Assembly: GCA_048938005.1 (NCBI GenBank)
Contig: JBHLMQ010000038.1
Location: 3,697-30,007, forward strand
Source of the DNA: Promethearchaeota archaeon
GTDB taxonomy: Archaea > Asgardarchaeota > Lokiarchaeia > Sigyniarchaeales > SOKP01
DNA length: 26,311 nt
Direction: 5' to 3'
The position numbers and the translations under genes were made by a program. The first letter of the stretch is position 1. Every line of letters begins with the position of its first letter. The notes beneath the pieces were generated by a model, which saw nothing but the letters and a program-made list of their open reading frames with translations, made no database searches and was not told where the DNA came from. Below, piece by piece: positions 9,705-18,926 of the stretch.

Positions 9705-10496
9705 ATGAATATTGGAATATTATCGAAAAGAAAAACAATGATGGCAGCTAAATTGAAAGCTTGCCTGGAGATTAAAGGATTTACTGTTTCCATTTACACT
9801 TTAGAGAACTTAGTTATAAATGAATCTCTATTAAATCAAGATTTTTATATATTAAAATCAAAAAGTCTTTTTTTTCTATATGCTGGTTATTTTTTAGAAG
9901 CAAATAATATTCCTGTTATTCCAAATCCTCAAATATCTTTCATGCAGAAAAATAGAATACAGTCGCATTTTTTAATGAAAAAAATAGGATTAATGACCCC
10001 AGAAATTTATCTAGGTACCGCTGATACCTTTAGAAATCAATTAGATTTAAAAGATTTTCCATTTATTTTAAAACCAATAATGGGATCAGGAAGCAAAGGA
10101 GTAAGATTTATTAAATCATATAAAGATTTAAAAGGAAAAAACAACGGAATATTATACTTAGAAAAGTATATTAAAGGAGTTCATTATAATGTATATTTTA
10201 TTGATAATGTAATTTGTACTTTAATTAAACCCCCTTTGGCACATGAACATGTTGATATGAAAAAAATACAAACACCTAATGATGTGAGAGATCTAATTAA
10301 TAAATGGAAAGATTTTTTTAAGGGAGATCTTTTATTTGGACATTTAGATATTGTTAGGGAAGAATTTAGTGATAAATTATATGTGGTTGATCCTGGTTCA
10401 TTTCCAGAGTTTACAAATTGGAAATGTAATAATTCCCCTGTAGAAAGTATATGTAATCTAATTTTAAATAAATTTAAGAAATTAAAGAGAAATTAA
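9705..10496 (+). CDS. ATP-grasp protein with a divergent catalytic motif
   Basis: IPVIPNP...KNR, FPFILKPIMGSGSKGV, YLEKYI, GHLDIV......YVVDPGSFPEF. Starts 14 nt after the previous gene. Confidence 0.7.
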   Translation: MNIGILSKRKTMMAAKLKACLEIKGFTVSIYTLENLVINESLLNQDFYILKSKSLFFLYAGYFLEANNIPVIPNPQISFMQKNRIQSHFLMKKIGLMTPEIYLGTADTFRNQLDLKDFPFILKPIMGSGSKGVRFIKSYKDLKGKNNGILYLEKYIKGVHYNVYFIDNVICTLIKPPLAHEHVDMKKIQTPNDVRDLINKWKDFFKGDLLFGHLDIVREEFSDKLYVVDPGSFPEFTNWKCNNSPVESICNLILNKFKKLKRN

Positions 10497-10533
10497 AATA
10501 ATTCCTCATATAATTAATGGATATATATTATAA

Positions 10534-11502
10534 ATGAGTAAGCAAGAACAACTGGAAAAATCTAAAATCTACGGAGAGAAACAAAAGGTAAGATTATATA
10601 AGATAAAGCACTTCATTTTTGATTTTGGGGGGGTCTTGATTGAAAAAACTTTTGTATTAAAGAATTTACTCGATATCATTGAATCAGATTTAAATATTTC
10701 TATTCCCCGTGATGAGAATTCATACATAAGAAAAATTAGAAGAAGTTTAAGTTCTGGAAGAATTTCTTCTCACGAATTTTTAGAGAAGATTTTTGATAAA
10801 TATTATTATCCTTTTCAAAAAAAGAATGGAGCATTGCCTCCTAAAAAAGTGAATGTAGAATATTATATTGAGCTCTGGTTTGATTTATATTCTCAAGTAA
10901 CTAATATATCTTCAGAAATGGCAGAAATAATAGAGCGTCTGCATCAAGCGGATTACAGTGTAAGTTTAATGTCAAATACTCATGATATTCATGCTAAATC
11001 GAATTTATTAAGAGGATTTTATGATATTTTTGATAATATTTTCTTATCCAATGAGATTGGTTTCATTAAACCAGATATGGAAAAATATAAGTATGTTTTA
11101 AAAAAATTAGATACAAAACCAAAAAAATGTATTTTTATTGATGATAAAATCCAAAATTTAGTACCTGCTAGGGAATTGGGAATCATAGTTATCAGATTTG
11201 AATCATTTGAAAAGTTTAAAAATCAATTAAAGGAATTAGGAATTGGAAACATCCGTAAAAACCTTAGGCATGAAATAAAGAAGAAATATAAAAAATATGA
11301 AAAAACTAAGAAGGAATATAAAAAAGCTAAAAAGGAATATAAAAAAGCTAGAAAAGATTATTTAAAAAAAAAAAGTAAATCTCTTAAAAGAAGAATGGAA
11401 TATCAACGAAGACGCTCCCTCTATCGTAAGAAGAAAGCAGAATATAAGAAAGAGAAAGAAAAGAAAAAACAAGAACTTGAACCTAAACTAAAAATAACAT
11501 AA
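10534..11502 (+). CDS. HAD-family phosphatase (subfamily IA, YihX-like) with Lys/Arg-rich C-terminal helical tail
   Basis: Motif I FDFGGVL, motif II MSNT, motif III KP, motif IV FIDD...N. The last about 80 aa are extremely basic. Confidence 0.85.
   Translation: MSKQEQLEKSKIYGEKQKVRLYKIKHFIFDFGGVLIEKTFVLKNLLDIIESDLNISIPRDENSYIRKIRRSLSSGRISSHEFLEKIFDKYYYPFQKKNGALPPKKVNVEYYIELWFDLYSQVTNISSEMAEIIERLHQADYSVSLMSNTHDIHAKSNLLRGFYDIFDNIFLSNEIGFIKPDMEKYKYVLKKLDTKPKKCIFIDDKIQNLVPARELGIIVIRFESFEKFKNQLKELGIGNIRKNLRHEIKKKYKKYEKTKKEYKKAKKEYKKARKDYLKKKSKSLKRRMEYQRRRSLYRKKKAEYKKEKEKKKQELEPKLKIT
11311..11352 (+). repeat. 21-bp coding tandem repeat (KEYKKAK/KEYKKAR)
   Basis: aaggaatataaaaaagcta occurs at 11311 and 11332. 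Confidence 0.8.
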
Positions 11503-11523
11503 AATTTCCTGATTTTTTATGTA

Positions 11524-12615
11524 TTATTTTTGAGGTTTTTCTTTATCCTCTTGTTCTTTATTAAATTCCTCAACTTTTTTCATAACGGATTCAGATGGTG
11601 TTTCTGGTAAAGAGATTTTTTCATAAACCTCAATGAACTTTACATCATCAATTTCATTGGTCATGTGAGTTTGTAAATCCATTGCTAATCCGAATTTAAC
11701 ATACGTTAAATTTTGAAACAAAAACATTTTTGGAATAGTGATCTCAAGGGTCTTACTCTTAGGAATATAACTAATTTTAAAATCGGAAATATTATCTCTT
11801 GGAATTCCTTTGTTAATCATAAAATATTCTATCTTTTTATCGAAATCTTCGACTTTATCAATTATTTCTAAATTGTAATCTATGGATTGCCCTGCTAAAG
11901 GATGATTGTAATCAACAATAACTCTTCCTTGTAAAACATTTGTAACAGTACCTCGTTGTACTTGCCCTTGAGTTTGCTTAACAAATTCCTGTCCAATTTC
12001 AGGATTTTTACCTTCGTTTAATCTTCTAAATTTAGCTATTCCTATCCTCTCAATTTTCTGTGGATCACGTTTTCCAAAAGCTTTCGTAGGAGGGATTCTT
12101 ACCGATTTTTTCTCAAAATAATTCATTTCTTTAATAGTTTCAGTAAGACCTTCGTTTAGAAATCCAGGTTTTCCTACAATAATAAATTCTGGAGTATAAT
12201 ACCCTTGCTTAGCTTTTTTTTCATCGTATATCCCGGCTTTTTTAGCGTCTTCTTCTGATGATACTCTAAAAATCTGACCTCTTTGAGTTCTTCCTGTTAC
12301 TTTTATGAGGATAAAATCTCCTTCTTCAACTTTTTTCCCTAGCAATTTTGCTTTTTTTTCTTCTAATTTTTTGATTTCCTCTTGAATTTTCTTCTCTTCT
12401 TCTTCTTCTCGTTCCTCTGCTACTTCAGTTTTCTGATTTAATAATTCTTTGGCATTATCTATCATTTTTTGAGCAGTAGCTTTTCCGATACCCTTTAATT
12501 CAGTTAATTCTTCCACATTTGCTTCAGCTAATTTCTCGACCGAGTTTATTCCTGCTTCTTTTAATGAATCAATTTTTTTTCCAATCCCCTTTACATCTTC
12601 TAATTTAAGCGCCAT
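11524..12615 (-). CDS. slyD: Archaeal long-type FKBP peptidyl-prolyl isomerase (SlyD-like) with N-terminal helix-hairpin-helix domain
   Basis: GDFILI..TG, IPP.KAFGKRDP and VDYNHPLAGQ.I.Y are FKBP/SlyD motifs. N-terminal LEDVKGIGK...L.EAGI.SVE.LA and LKGIGKATA are HhH motifs. Confidence 0.85.
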   Translation of the reverse strand: MALKLEDVKGIGKKIDSLKEAGINSVEKLAEANVEELTELKGIGKATAQKMIDNAKELLNQKTEVAEEREEEEEKKIQEEIKKLEEKKAKLLGKKVEEGDFILIKVTGRTQRGQIFRVSSEEDAKKAGIYDEKKAKQGYYTPEFIIVGKPGFLNEGLTETIKEMNYFEKKSVRIPPTKAFGKRDPQKIERIGIAKFRRLNEGKNPEIGQEFVKQTQGQVQRGTVTNVLQGRVIVDYNHPLAGQSIDYNLEIIDKVEDFDKKIEYFMINKGIPRDNISDFKISYIPKSKTLEITIPKMFLFQNLTYVKFGLAMDLQTHMTNEIDDVKFIEVYEKISLPETPSESVMKKVEEFNKEQEDKEKPQK

Positions 12616-12711
12616 TACAAATCAATTATATTAATTTTTAAAGGTAGACTAATAAAAAGTTAAGTTTTAAAGTATTTGATTACTTATAGATTTTACTAAT
12701 AAAAGACGTCT

Positions 12712-13824
12712 TTATGAAACAGGCTCATATAATATACCTAACTTATCAGCATAACTCTTTACTTCTCTCATTTCTTGGGAGGTCGGTCTCCTATTGAGTT
12801 CTTCGTAATTGAATGCTTTCCACTGTGGTCTATACTGACCCATGATGTTCATAACCGCTTTTGGTAGTTCTTTAGCAACGTAATCTAAGATAGGTTTAGA
12901 ACAGCATTCAATATGGTTTGGCATGACTAAATGCCTAATACAAATTTCTCCACTTCCCTCATCATGGATTCTTTTATGATTTCTGGAAATAATATCAAAA
13001 TAATTGTCAATACCAGAATACTTCTTCGCACATTCATTATTACCATATTTAAAATCTGGTAGCCAAAAATCGATAAAGTCTATAATTAAAGATAGAGACT
13101 TATCAGTTAAGAAAAAGTTTGAATTCCATAATTGACAAATATTAGATTGCTGAAATTTTAAACTTCCAATGATTGTATGAATATTAGGAATCGGATCGCC
13201 TCCAACATAATTAATATTTATTGCTCCACGATCAACTAATTTTTCCGCTATTGCAGCCAACTGTTTTGTATTAACTTTTTGTGCTACATCTTCAATATCT
13301 TTTTTACCTTTCCATGCTTGAGAGATATCATAATTCTGGCAAAAAACACATCCAAAATTACATCCTTGAAAAAAAATTGTGCCAGATGGAATCAAAACAG
13401 GCTCTTCTCCCATATGAAGGAAAGCAGATGAGATATATGAATCTTTTGATATTAAACAGAATCCTTTTTTTCCATCGATTCTGTTAATTTCACATTGACG
13501 CTCACAAAAAATACATTTTTCAAGATATTTATTCGCTAGAGTCTCTGCTAAATGAATATATGAATTAGATGAAGTTTTGCGATTTTTAATTTCTTCGATA
13601 TCTTTTTCTAACAACTCATTGAATTCCGAAGATTTTTCTTTTAAAAGTCTTTCAAGATCTTCAACTGAGTCATTAGGATTATATGCACATTCTACCGTTT
13701 TAGCAATTAGATATCTTGCTACTTGAGTACCATCAATAATTCCTCGATATGTTGAAAATCTTTTAAGAATTTCTTCATTTTTCCAAACAGATACCGAATC
13801 CGGTCGAAGAATTCTAAAAACCAT
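12712..13824 (-). CDS. pflX: Radical SAM protein, PflX-like (pyruvate-formate-lyase-activating-enzyme-related)
   Basis: CIFCERQC.INR...KGFC, HMGEEP.L.PSGTIFF.GCNFGCVFCQNYDIS, LPDFKYGN, IRHLVMP.H, MGQYRP. Confidence 0.85.
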   Translation of the reverse strand: MVFRILRPDSVSVWKNEEILKRFSTYRGIIDGTQVARYLIAKTVECAYNPNDSVEDLERLLKEKSSEFNELLEKDIEEIKNRKTSSNSYIHLAETLANKYLEKCIFCERQCEINRIDGKKGFCLISKDSYISSAFLHMGEEPVLIPSGTIFFQGCNFGCVFCQNYDISQAWKGKKDIEDVAQKVNTKQLAAIAEKLVDRGAININYVGGDPIPNIHTIIGSLKFQQSNICQLWNSNFFLTDKSLSLIIDFIDFWLPDFKYGNNECAKKYSGIDNYFDIISRNHKRIHDEGSGEICIRHLVMPNHIECCSKPILDYVAKELPKAVMNIMGQYRPQWKAFNYEELNRRPTSQEMREVKSYADKLGILYEPVS

Positions 13825-13849
13825 AATAAAAAAGATTTTACTTTATTGG

Positions 13850-14590
13850 CTAAATCTCAAAAGATAGCCATTCAATAATATTCGATAGAAACTTAAGATT
13901 ATCTCCGGCATCGAGCCCAAAATCGCTATCTTCGACCATCCAATCAGAAGACCCAACAGTTACACATCTACCTTCATAAAATTCAGAAACAACACAAATA
14001 GGAACTACACCAATTGTATCAATATCATCATCAATAAAATATTTGAATTCTGCTTTTTCAGAAGTTACTATTATATCATCTACATCTTCTTCTGAAATTG
14101 TAAAGAATGTACAGTTAGGAAAGACAACTTCATTAATTCCTTCTGTAATAGGATGGTTAAATAATTCTGTCACCAAAAGATTTTTTTTTTTAACTAAAAA
14201 ATTTGATGGTGCTTCTTGAATAATCCCGTTCCAAAATCTCCGAACACCTGTCATTTTATATAATACTCTAATAGACCCCTTTTTCATTGAAATATCTCTA
14301 TCTCCTCCCTCTCCACTAGTTAAAAGTAGACCCCCACCTTCTCCAACAAATTTTTTAATATCTCTTAATTCCTCCTGTGTAAATTTATCTCCTTTTCCAT
14401 CTTTGGTATGTTGAATATTTCCAATGAATAAAATATCAAAATCTTCAAGCATATCAAATTCTATTGGCCCTTCATTTTTATCAATGTACTCTATTTCAAA
14501 ATCATCCTCGCCAAGACTGAATTCGGGAAAATCTTCTATTTTTTCTTTATGGGATAAATCAACTATGATACTATAAGGCATTGTAAACAC
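13850..14590 (-). CDS. GIFT-domain (IFT52/GldG-like, class I glutamine-amidotransferase-like fold) protein; start may be the ATG at 14581
   Basis: IIVDLSHKE, FTQEEL..IKKFV.EGGGLLL..GEGG, HPITEGI, GR...VGS..W, DN.KFL.NIIEWL. Acidic, no signal peptide. Confidence 0.65.
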   Translation of the reverse strand: MFTMPYSIIVDLSHKEKIEDFPEFSLGEDDFEIEYIDKNEGPIEFDMLEDFDILFIGNIQHTKDGKGDKFTQEELRDIKKFVGEGGGLLLTSGEGGDRDISMKKGSIRVLYKMTGVRRFWNGIIQEAPSNFLVKKKNLLVTELFNHPITEGINEVVFPNCTFFTISEEDVDDIIVTSEKAEFKYFIDDDIDTIGVVPICVVSEFYEGRCVTVGSSDWMVEDSDFGLDAGDNLKFLSNIIEWLSFEI

Positions 14591-14805
14591 ACTGAAGTAA
14601 TTGTAATATATTGTTAGTTATTTTTTGCTATATACTTAAGAGATAATCCTTCTAGCTTAAGAACAAATAATTTATTTTGATAAAATTATGCTATTACTAT
14701 TATTAAATATTTTCTTTTAAATTTTTTTTAAATGAAAATCACAATAGATAAAACTTAAATAGGAAGAGAAAAAAATATAGGAATAAAAATATAGGAGGAA
14801 TGGTT

Positions 14806-15498
14806 TTATATTGGGATAAATTCACGGTCAGCGGGACCTTCTTTTTTGATGACTACAATATCAATACCATTCCCGCTTGCCATATCTCGTATAATACTCG
14901 AGGTTACCGCTTTTTTTATAATTTCTTTACCCTCTTCAATTGTTAAATTGTCTTTATACCTAGCCTCTAAAACACCATAGGAAAAATTTTGACCACTTCC
15001 TACTGCACAGTACTTCTCTGGTAAAATAGAACCATAGGCACTAATATCTAAAAGAGTAGGTCCTTCTTCTTCTGTGACCCCTCCTAAAATAAGACCAACT
15101 TCAAAGGGGAACATTTTATTTTGATATAAGATATTTGATAATAATTTCCCAGCTGATTTTACCAACATGGGCTTATGATCATGAGCTAATTGATATATAT
15201 TAGTTTCAGCTCGTAGAACATCTACAAGATATTGGGCGTCTGCTACACCCCCAGCTGTCGTCATCCAAAGATGTTCTTGAATTTCATACAATTTCTCAGA
15301 AATCTTACTGGCTATAAAATATGCCATTGTGGCTCTTTTATCTGTTCCTAAAATGATAGCATCCTTACAGGTTAAACCAACTGTTGTAGTTCCTGTTTTG
15401 AAAGTTTTAGTAATAATATTTTGAGATTTTGATAAATTAATTTCAGAATTTTTTATAAATTCAGAATCAACTAGTTTTAATAAATCTTCTTTCCTCAT
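14806..15498 (-). CDS. psmB: Proteasome beta subunit
   Basis: KTG/TTTVG autocleavage site, DKRAT, AGGVADAQ, GSG, RDMASG.GID. Confidence 0.97.
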   Translation of the reverse strand: MRKEDLLKLVDSEFIKNSEINLSKSQNIITKTFKTGTTTVGLTCKDAIILGTDKRATMAYFIASKISEKLYEIQEHLWMTTAGGVADAQYLVDVLRAETNIYQLAHDHKPMLVKSAGKLLSNILYQNKMFPFEVGLILGGVTEEEGPTLLDISAYGSILPEKYCAVGSGQNFSYGVLEARYKDNLTIEEGKEIIKKAVTSSIIRDMASGNGIDIVVIKKEGPADREFIPI

Positions 15499-15760
15499 AA
15501 TTTCATTAAAGAACTTATAATATAATAAATTTCTTCTAATTTAATATAAATAAATTTTTATTGTTTCACCTTAATAAAAAGTAATTTATCAACTTGTATA
15601 ATGTAATAATATTAGTTCTAGGACCTACTGGCTCAAAATATGTAGAAATTATTGCAAAATGTTCTTAATTAGTTTAAAATTAGCAAAGAACTTCTATTAA
15701 GACTGATATCAATGAAGTAAAAACAATAATTTTAAAACTGATTTAAATAATATTTTCTAA

Positions 15761-16696
15761 ATGGCTGAATTAATAGGATATATTTTTACAATATTCACAA
15801 TATTTGTATGGGCAATAGCTTCACTTGTTTATAAAAAGGGATTGGAAAAAACACAACCAAAAGCTAATTTATTATTTAGGCTGTGCTGTACTAGTCTCGG
15901 AACCTTTATATTCTCTTTAATTTTAGGAAATTATTTATTTCTTAGTAATCTTAGTTCACAAAATCTAACTTATTACATAATAGCTTGCGTTATATCTGGC
16001 TTGAGTGTTACAATAGGTGATTTACTTTACTATATGTCATTAAAAAAGATCGAGGCTTCACGCACTTATCCTCTCGTTCAACTCTCACTTGTTTTTGTAA
16101 TTTTCTTTTTTGTAATTTTCTTTGGAGAAACAATCAAATTTTCTATTATAATAGGTGGAGCATTAATAATCTCAAGTGTTTTTATACTAAGTTCAAAAGA
16201 TAAATCTGAAAAAAATGATATAAAAAAATCATTAAAAGAAAGAATTTCGGAAGATTTGATTGTAGGCATATTTTTAGCTATTGGTACAGCATTTTTTTGG
16301 GCACTTGCATATGTTTCATTTTATCAAGCAAGAGAAATTGGTGGAGATGTTTTTGTGTCCAACTTCTTTAGAGTAGGTTTTGGCATGATTACGATAGCAA
16401 TATTAGGATTAGTTCAAAAGGATTATTATGCAGGCTTTAAAAAAACAAACAAGAATAACTTAAAATATTTTATATATATTGGAATCGCGGGAATATTATC
16501 TTTAGGTTTAGCAGATGCAATATATATTAAAGCTGCAGAAATTAATGGACCAGTTTTAACATCAGCATTCACAGCAAATACTCCTATGGTCCAACAGATT
16601 CTTTCAATTCTAATTTTAAAAGAAAACTTTCGCAGAAGGTTTTTATTTGCAGTGGTATTGATTATTATTGGTAATTATATCATTATATTCTTTTAA
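15761..16696 (+). CDS. DMT/EamA-family membrane transporter
   Basis: About 10 hydrophobic helices in two repeats; Y.SLK.IEASR..P, FFGE, G...A..AFFWA, ILKE. Confidence 0.88.
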   Translation: MAELIGYIFTIFTIFVWAIASLVYKKGLEKTQPKANLLFRLCCTSLGTFIFSLILGNYLFLSNLSSQNLTYYIIACVISGLSVTIGDLLYYMSLKKIEASRTYPLVQLSLVFVIFFFVIFFGETIKFSIIIGGALIISSVFILSSKDKSEKNDIKKSLKERISEDLIVGIFLAIGTAFFWALAYVSFYQAREIGGDVFVSNFFRVGFGMITIAILGLVQKDYYAGFKKTNKNNLKYFIYIGIAGILSLGLADAIYIKAAEINGPVLTSAFTANTPMVQQILSILILKENFRRRFLFAVVLIIIGNYIIIFF

Positions 16697-16848
16697 TATT
16701 TGAGTAAAATATAGAAAATTTCTTACCAAGCAGTGAAATTTTTGATTAATATATTAAATTATTAGAGGGAATAGTAAAGATAAATAAAAATAATCAAAAG
16801 TATTATATATGTTAAAGTATAAAAATTAAATTTTTTAAAAGACTAATT

Positions 16849-17508
16849 ATGAAGTTAGAATTACTCAATAAGAAAAAAATTCGAGCTGATGATTATATTA
16901 GTATATTAGCAATTTTGAATTTTTTTGTATTCTTTATTTTTTTTAGGCTCGAAGCAATTATAGCAATCGCCGTATATCCCCTTGCAGCTCTAACTATTTA
17001 TGGTCTTTTAAATATTATAAATGGTTTAAATAAAAAATTGAATAATGGTCATGTAAATGTTAACAAGATTTTACGTGGAATTTTTTACATTATATGTTCA
17101 ATTTCATTCTTGATCTATATAGTATTTCACCCCAACACTAAACTGTATATTATGATTTCTTTATTTGCTTTTATAATAATTAATGTAGGTATTGCTGGTA
17201 TTATAAAAGGATTAATGATTGATAGCTACTCTAAAAAAAATCGTGTAGTAAACATTATTCTTGGTATAATCACAATAATTATTTGTATTATTGTTTTCTC
17301 TTCTAGAATGAATAATTTTTTATATAACATTGTTGTTCTCTCTCTCACACTATTGCTCAATATTTTTAGTAGAGCAGCATTATACTTAAGTGAGTATGGT
17401 TTATCTCTTTTGCATATTAGGAATTTTGTACTTTTCTTATATATAATCTCTGATTATTTACTTTACGTAGCAAGAGATGGTAATGTTTTATTAGCTAAAA
17501 TAGAATAG
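16849..17508 (+). CDS. Integral membrane protein (HdeD/DUF308-like)
   Basis: About 6 hydrophobic segments with repeated G...II.G patterns. Confidence 0.5.
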   Translation: MKLELLNKKKIRADDYISILAILNFFVFFIFFRLEAIIAIAVYPLAALTIYGLLNIINGLNKKLNNGHVNVNKILRGIFYIICSISFLIYIVFHPNTKLYIMISLFAFIIINVGIAGIIKGLMIDSYSKKNRVVNIILGIITIIICIIVFSSRMNNFLYNIVVLSLTLLLNIFSRAALYLSEYGLSLLHIRNFVLFLYIISDYLLYVARDGNVLLAKIE

Positions 17509-17673
17509 AATAATTATTTTTCATTCATGTTGGAAAAACCTAGTCTTGTTATAAGTTTAAGAATTTGATTTATTGAAAATTACGAATAAAAAATAATAAA
17601 AATTATATCAAATCAAACTACTTAATTTCGTATTCCAAAAAAAAATTTAATTAATCTAAAAAGTGTTTCAATT

Positions 17674-18786
17674 ATGACTGATGTTCATTTCAATAAAGAG
17701 AAAGGTTCAAAGTTAAAATTGTTTACTCCAGGACCAGTTTATGTACCTGAAAGAGTTCTGAAAGAAATGGCAAAGCCAAACGATACTCATCGATCTAAAC
17801 CTTATTCAGAAATGCATCAAATAGCAACAGAAGGCCTTAAAAAGCTATTATACACTAAAAATGAATGTCTAATTTTTACTTCAAGTGCAACTGGTATAAT
17901 GGAAGCATGCGTGAGAAATTTAGTAAGGGATGATGAAAAAGCATTATTTCTTTCAATTGGCGCTTTTGGAGATCGATGGTATAATATAGGAGTTACTAAT
18001 GGAAAGAATTCTATTAAAGAGGGAGTTGAATGGGGTAATGCTATAACCCCTGAATTTGCTCAAAAAGCGTTGACTAAGGATGAATATGCTGTTGTTTTCA
18101 TTCAAGCTAATGAAACCTCTACCGGCGTCTATAATCCAATTTATGAAGTTGCTCCGATAATTAAAGATTCAGGAGCTTTATTATGTGTGGACGCTACCTC
18201 TTCAATGGCAGGTGTGAAAGTGGAAGTTGATAAATTAGGTATTGATGTATGCTTAGCCTCTGTTCAAAAATGTTTTGCATTGCCTCCAGGACTAGCAGTT
18301 TGTTCTGTTTCAGAAGCAGCGTTCGAAAAAGCAAGCCAAGTGAAAAATAGAGGATTATATTTTGACTTTATAGACCTTAAGAAAAGAAATGCAAAACACC
18401 AAACCCCAACCACTCCTCCAATTCCACAGATAAGAGGGTTAGCAACTCAGCTAGATTATATATTAAATGAAGAGGGTTTAGAAAAGAGATTTGAAAGACA
18501 TGAACAACTTGGGAAATATACCCGTGAGTGGGCAGAAACTGTTAATCTTGAAATGTTCCCTGAGAAAAGTTATGAATCAAATACAGTTTCAACCATAAAG
18601 AATTCACTAGATCTTGATATTCCAAAAATGGTTTCTATGCTTCTGGGAGAAGGTTATCGAATTGTTAATGGATATGGAGATCTCGCAAATATAACCTTTC
18701 GTATTGGGCATATGGGAGAAATTCAACTTAAAGATCTGGAAAAAATGTTAAAAGTCCTTAGAGATATTATTAACAGCATAAAATAA
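17674..18786 (+). CDS. Class V PLP aminotransferase (serine-pyruvate/archaeal phosphoserine aminotransferase-like)
   Basis: LFTPGP, HRS, SATG.MEA, NETSTGV, VDATSS, SVQKCFALPPGL (PLP lysine), TP.TP, FRIGHMG. Confidence 0.92.
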   Translation: MTDVHFNKEKGSKLKLFTPGPVYVPERVLKEMAKPNDTHRSKPYSEMHQIATEGLKKLLYTKNECLIFTSSATGIMEACVRNLVRDDEKALFLSIGAFGDRWYNIGVTNGKNSIKEGVEWGNAITPEFAQKALTKDEYAVVFIQANETSTGVYNPIYEVAPIIKDSGALLCVDATSSMAGVKVEVDKLGIDVCLASVQKCFALPPGLAVCSVSEAAFEKASQVKNRGLYFDFIDLKKRNAKHQTPTTPPIPQIRGLATQLDYILNEEGLEKRFERHEQLGKYTREWAETVNLEMFPEKSYESNTVSTIKNSLDLDIPKMVSMLLGEGYRIVNGYGDLANITFRIGHMGEIQLKDLEKMLKVLRDIINSIK

Positions 18787-18926
18787 AAACAATTTACTTA
18801 ATTTTTATTTTTCAATTTTATTTTTTTTTCTTGAAACTAAATTAAAATAATCGAACAAAAAACCTTTAAAGATTTATAAACTAAAAAAAATATCCAATTT
18901 AATTAAAATTACTTTGTGTGATATGA

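Noticed and set aside
7710-10496. ATP-grasp genes as RimK/LysX ligases or a RiPP (graspetide) system
   Set aside because: No E-x-N motif, LysW-like carrier or precursor peptide is evident; the D-I-N motifs and ino1 context fit ITPK1-like kinases better. Not fully excluded for 9705-10496.
14755-14800. AAAAATATAGGA direct repeat downstream of psmB as a CRISPR or other repeat element
   Set aside because: Only two short adjacent copies without spacers; more likely T-rich terminator sequence on the minus strand.
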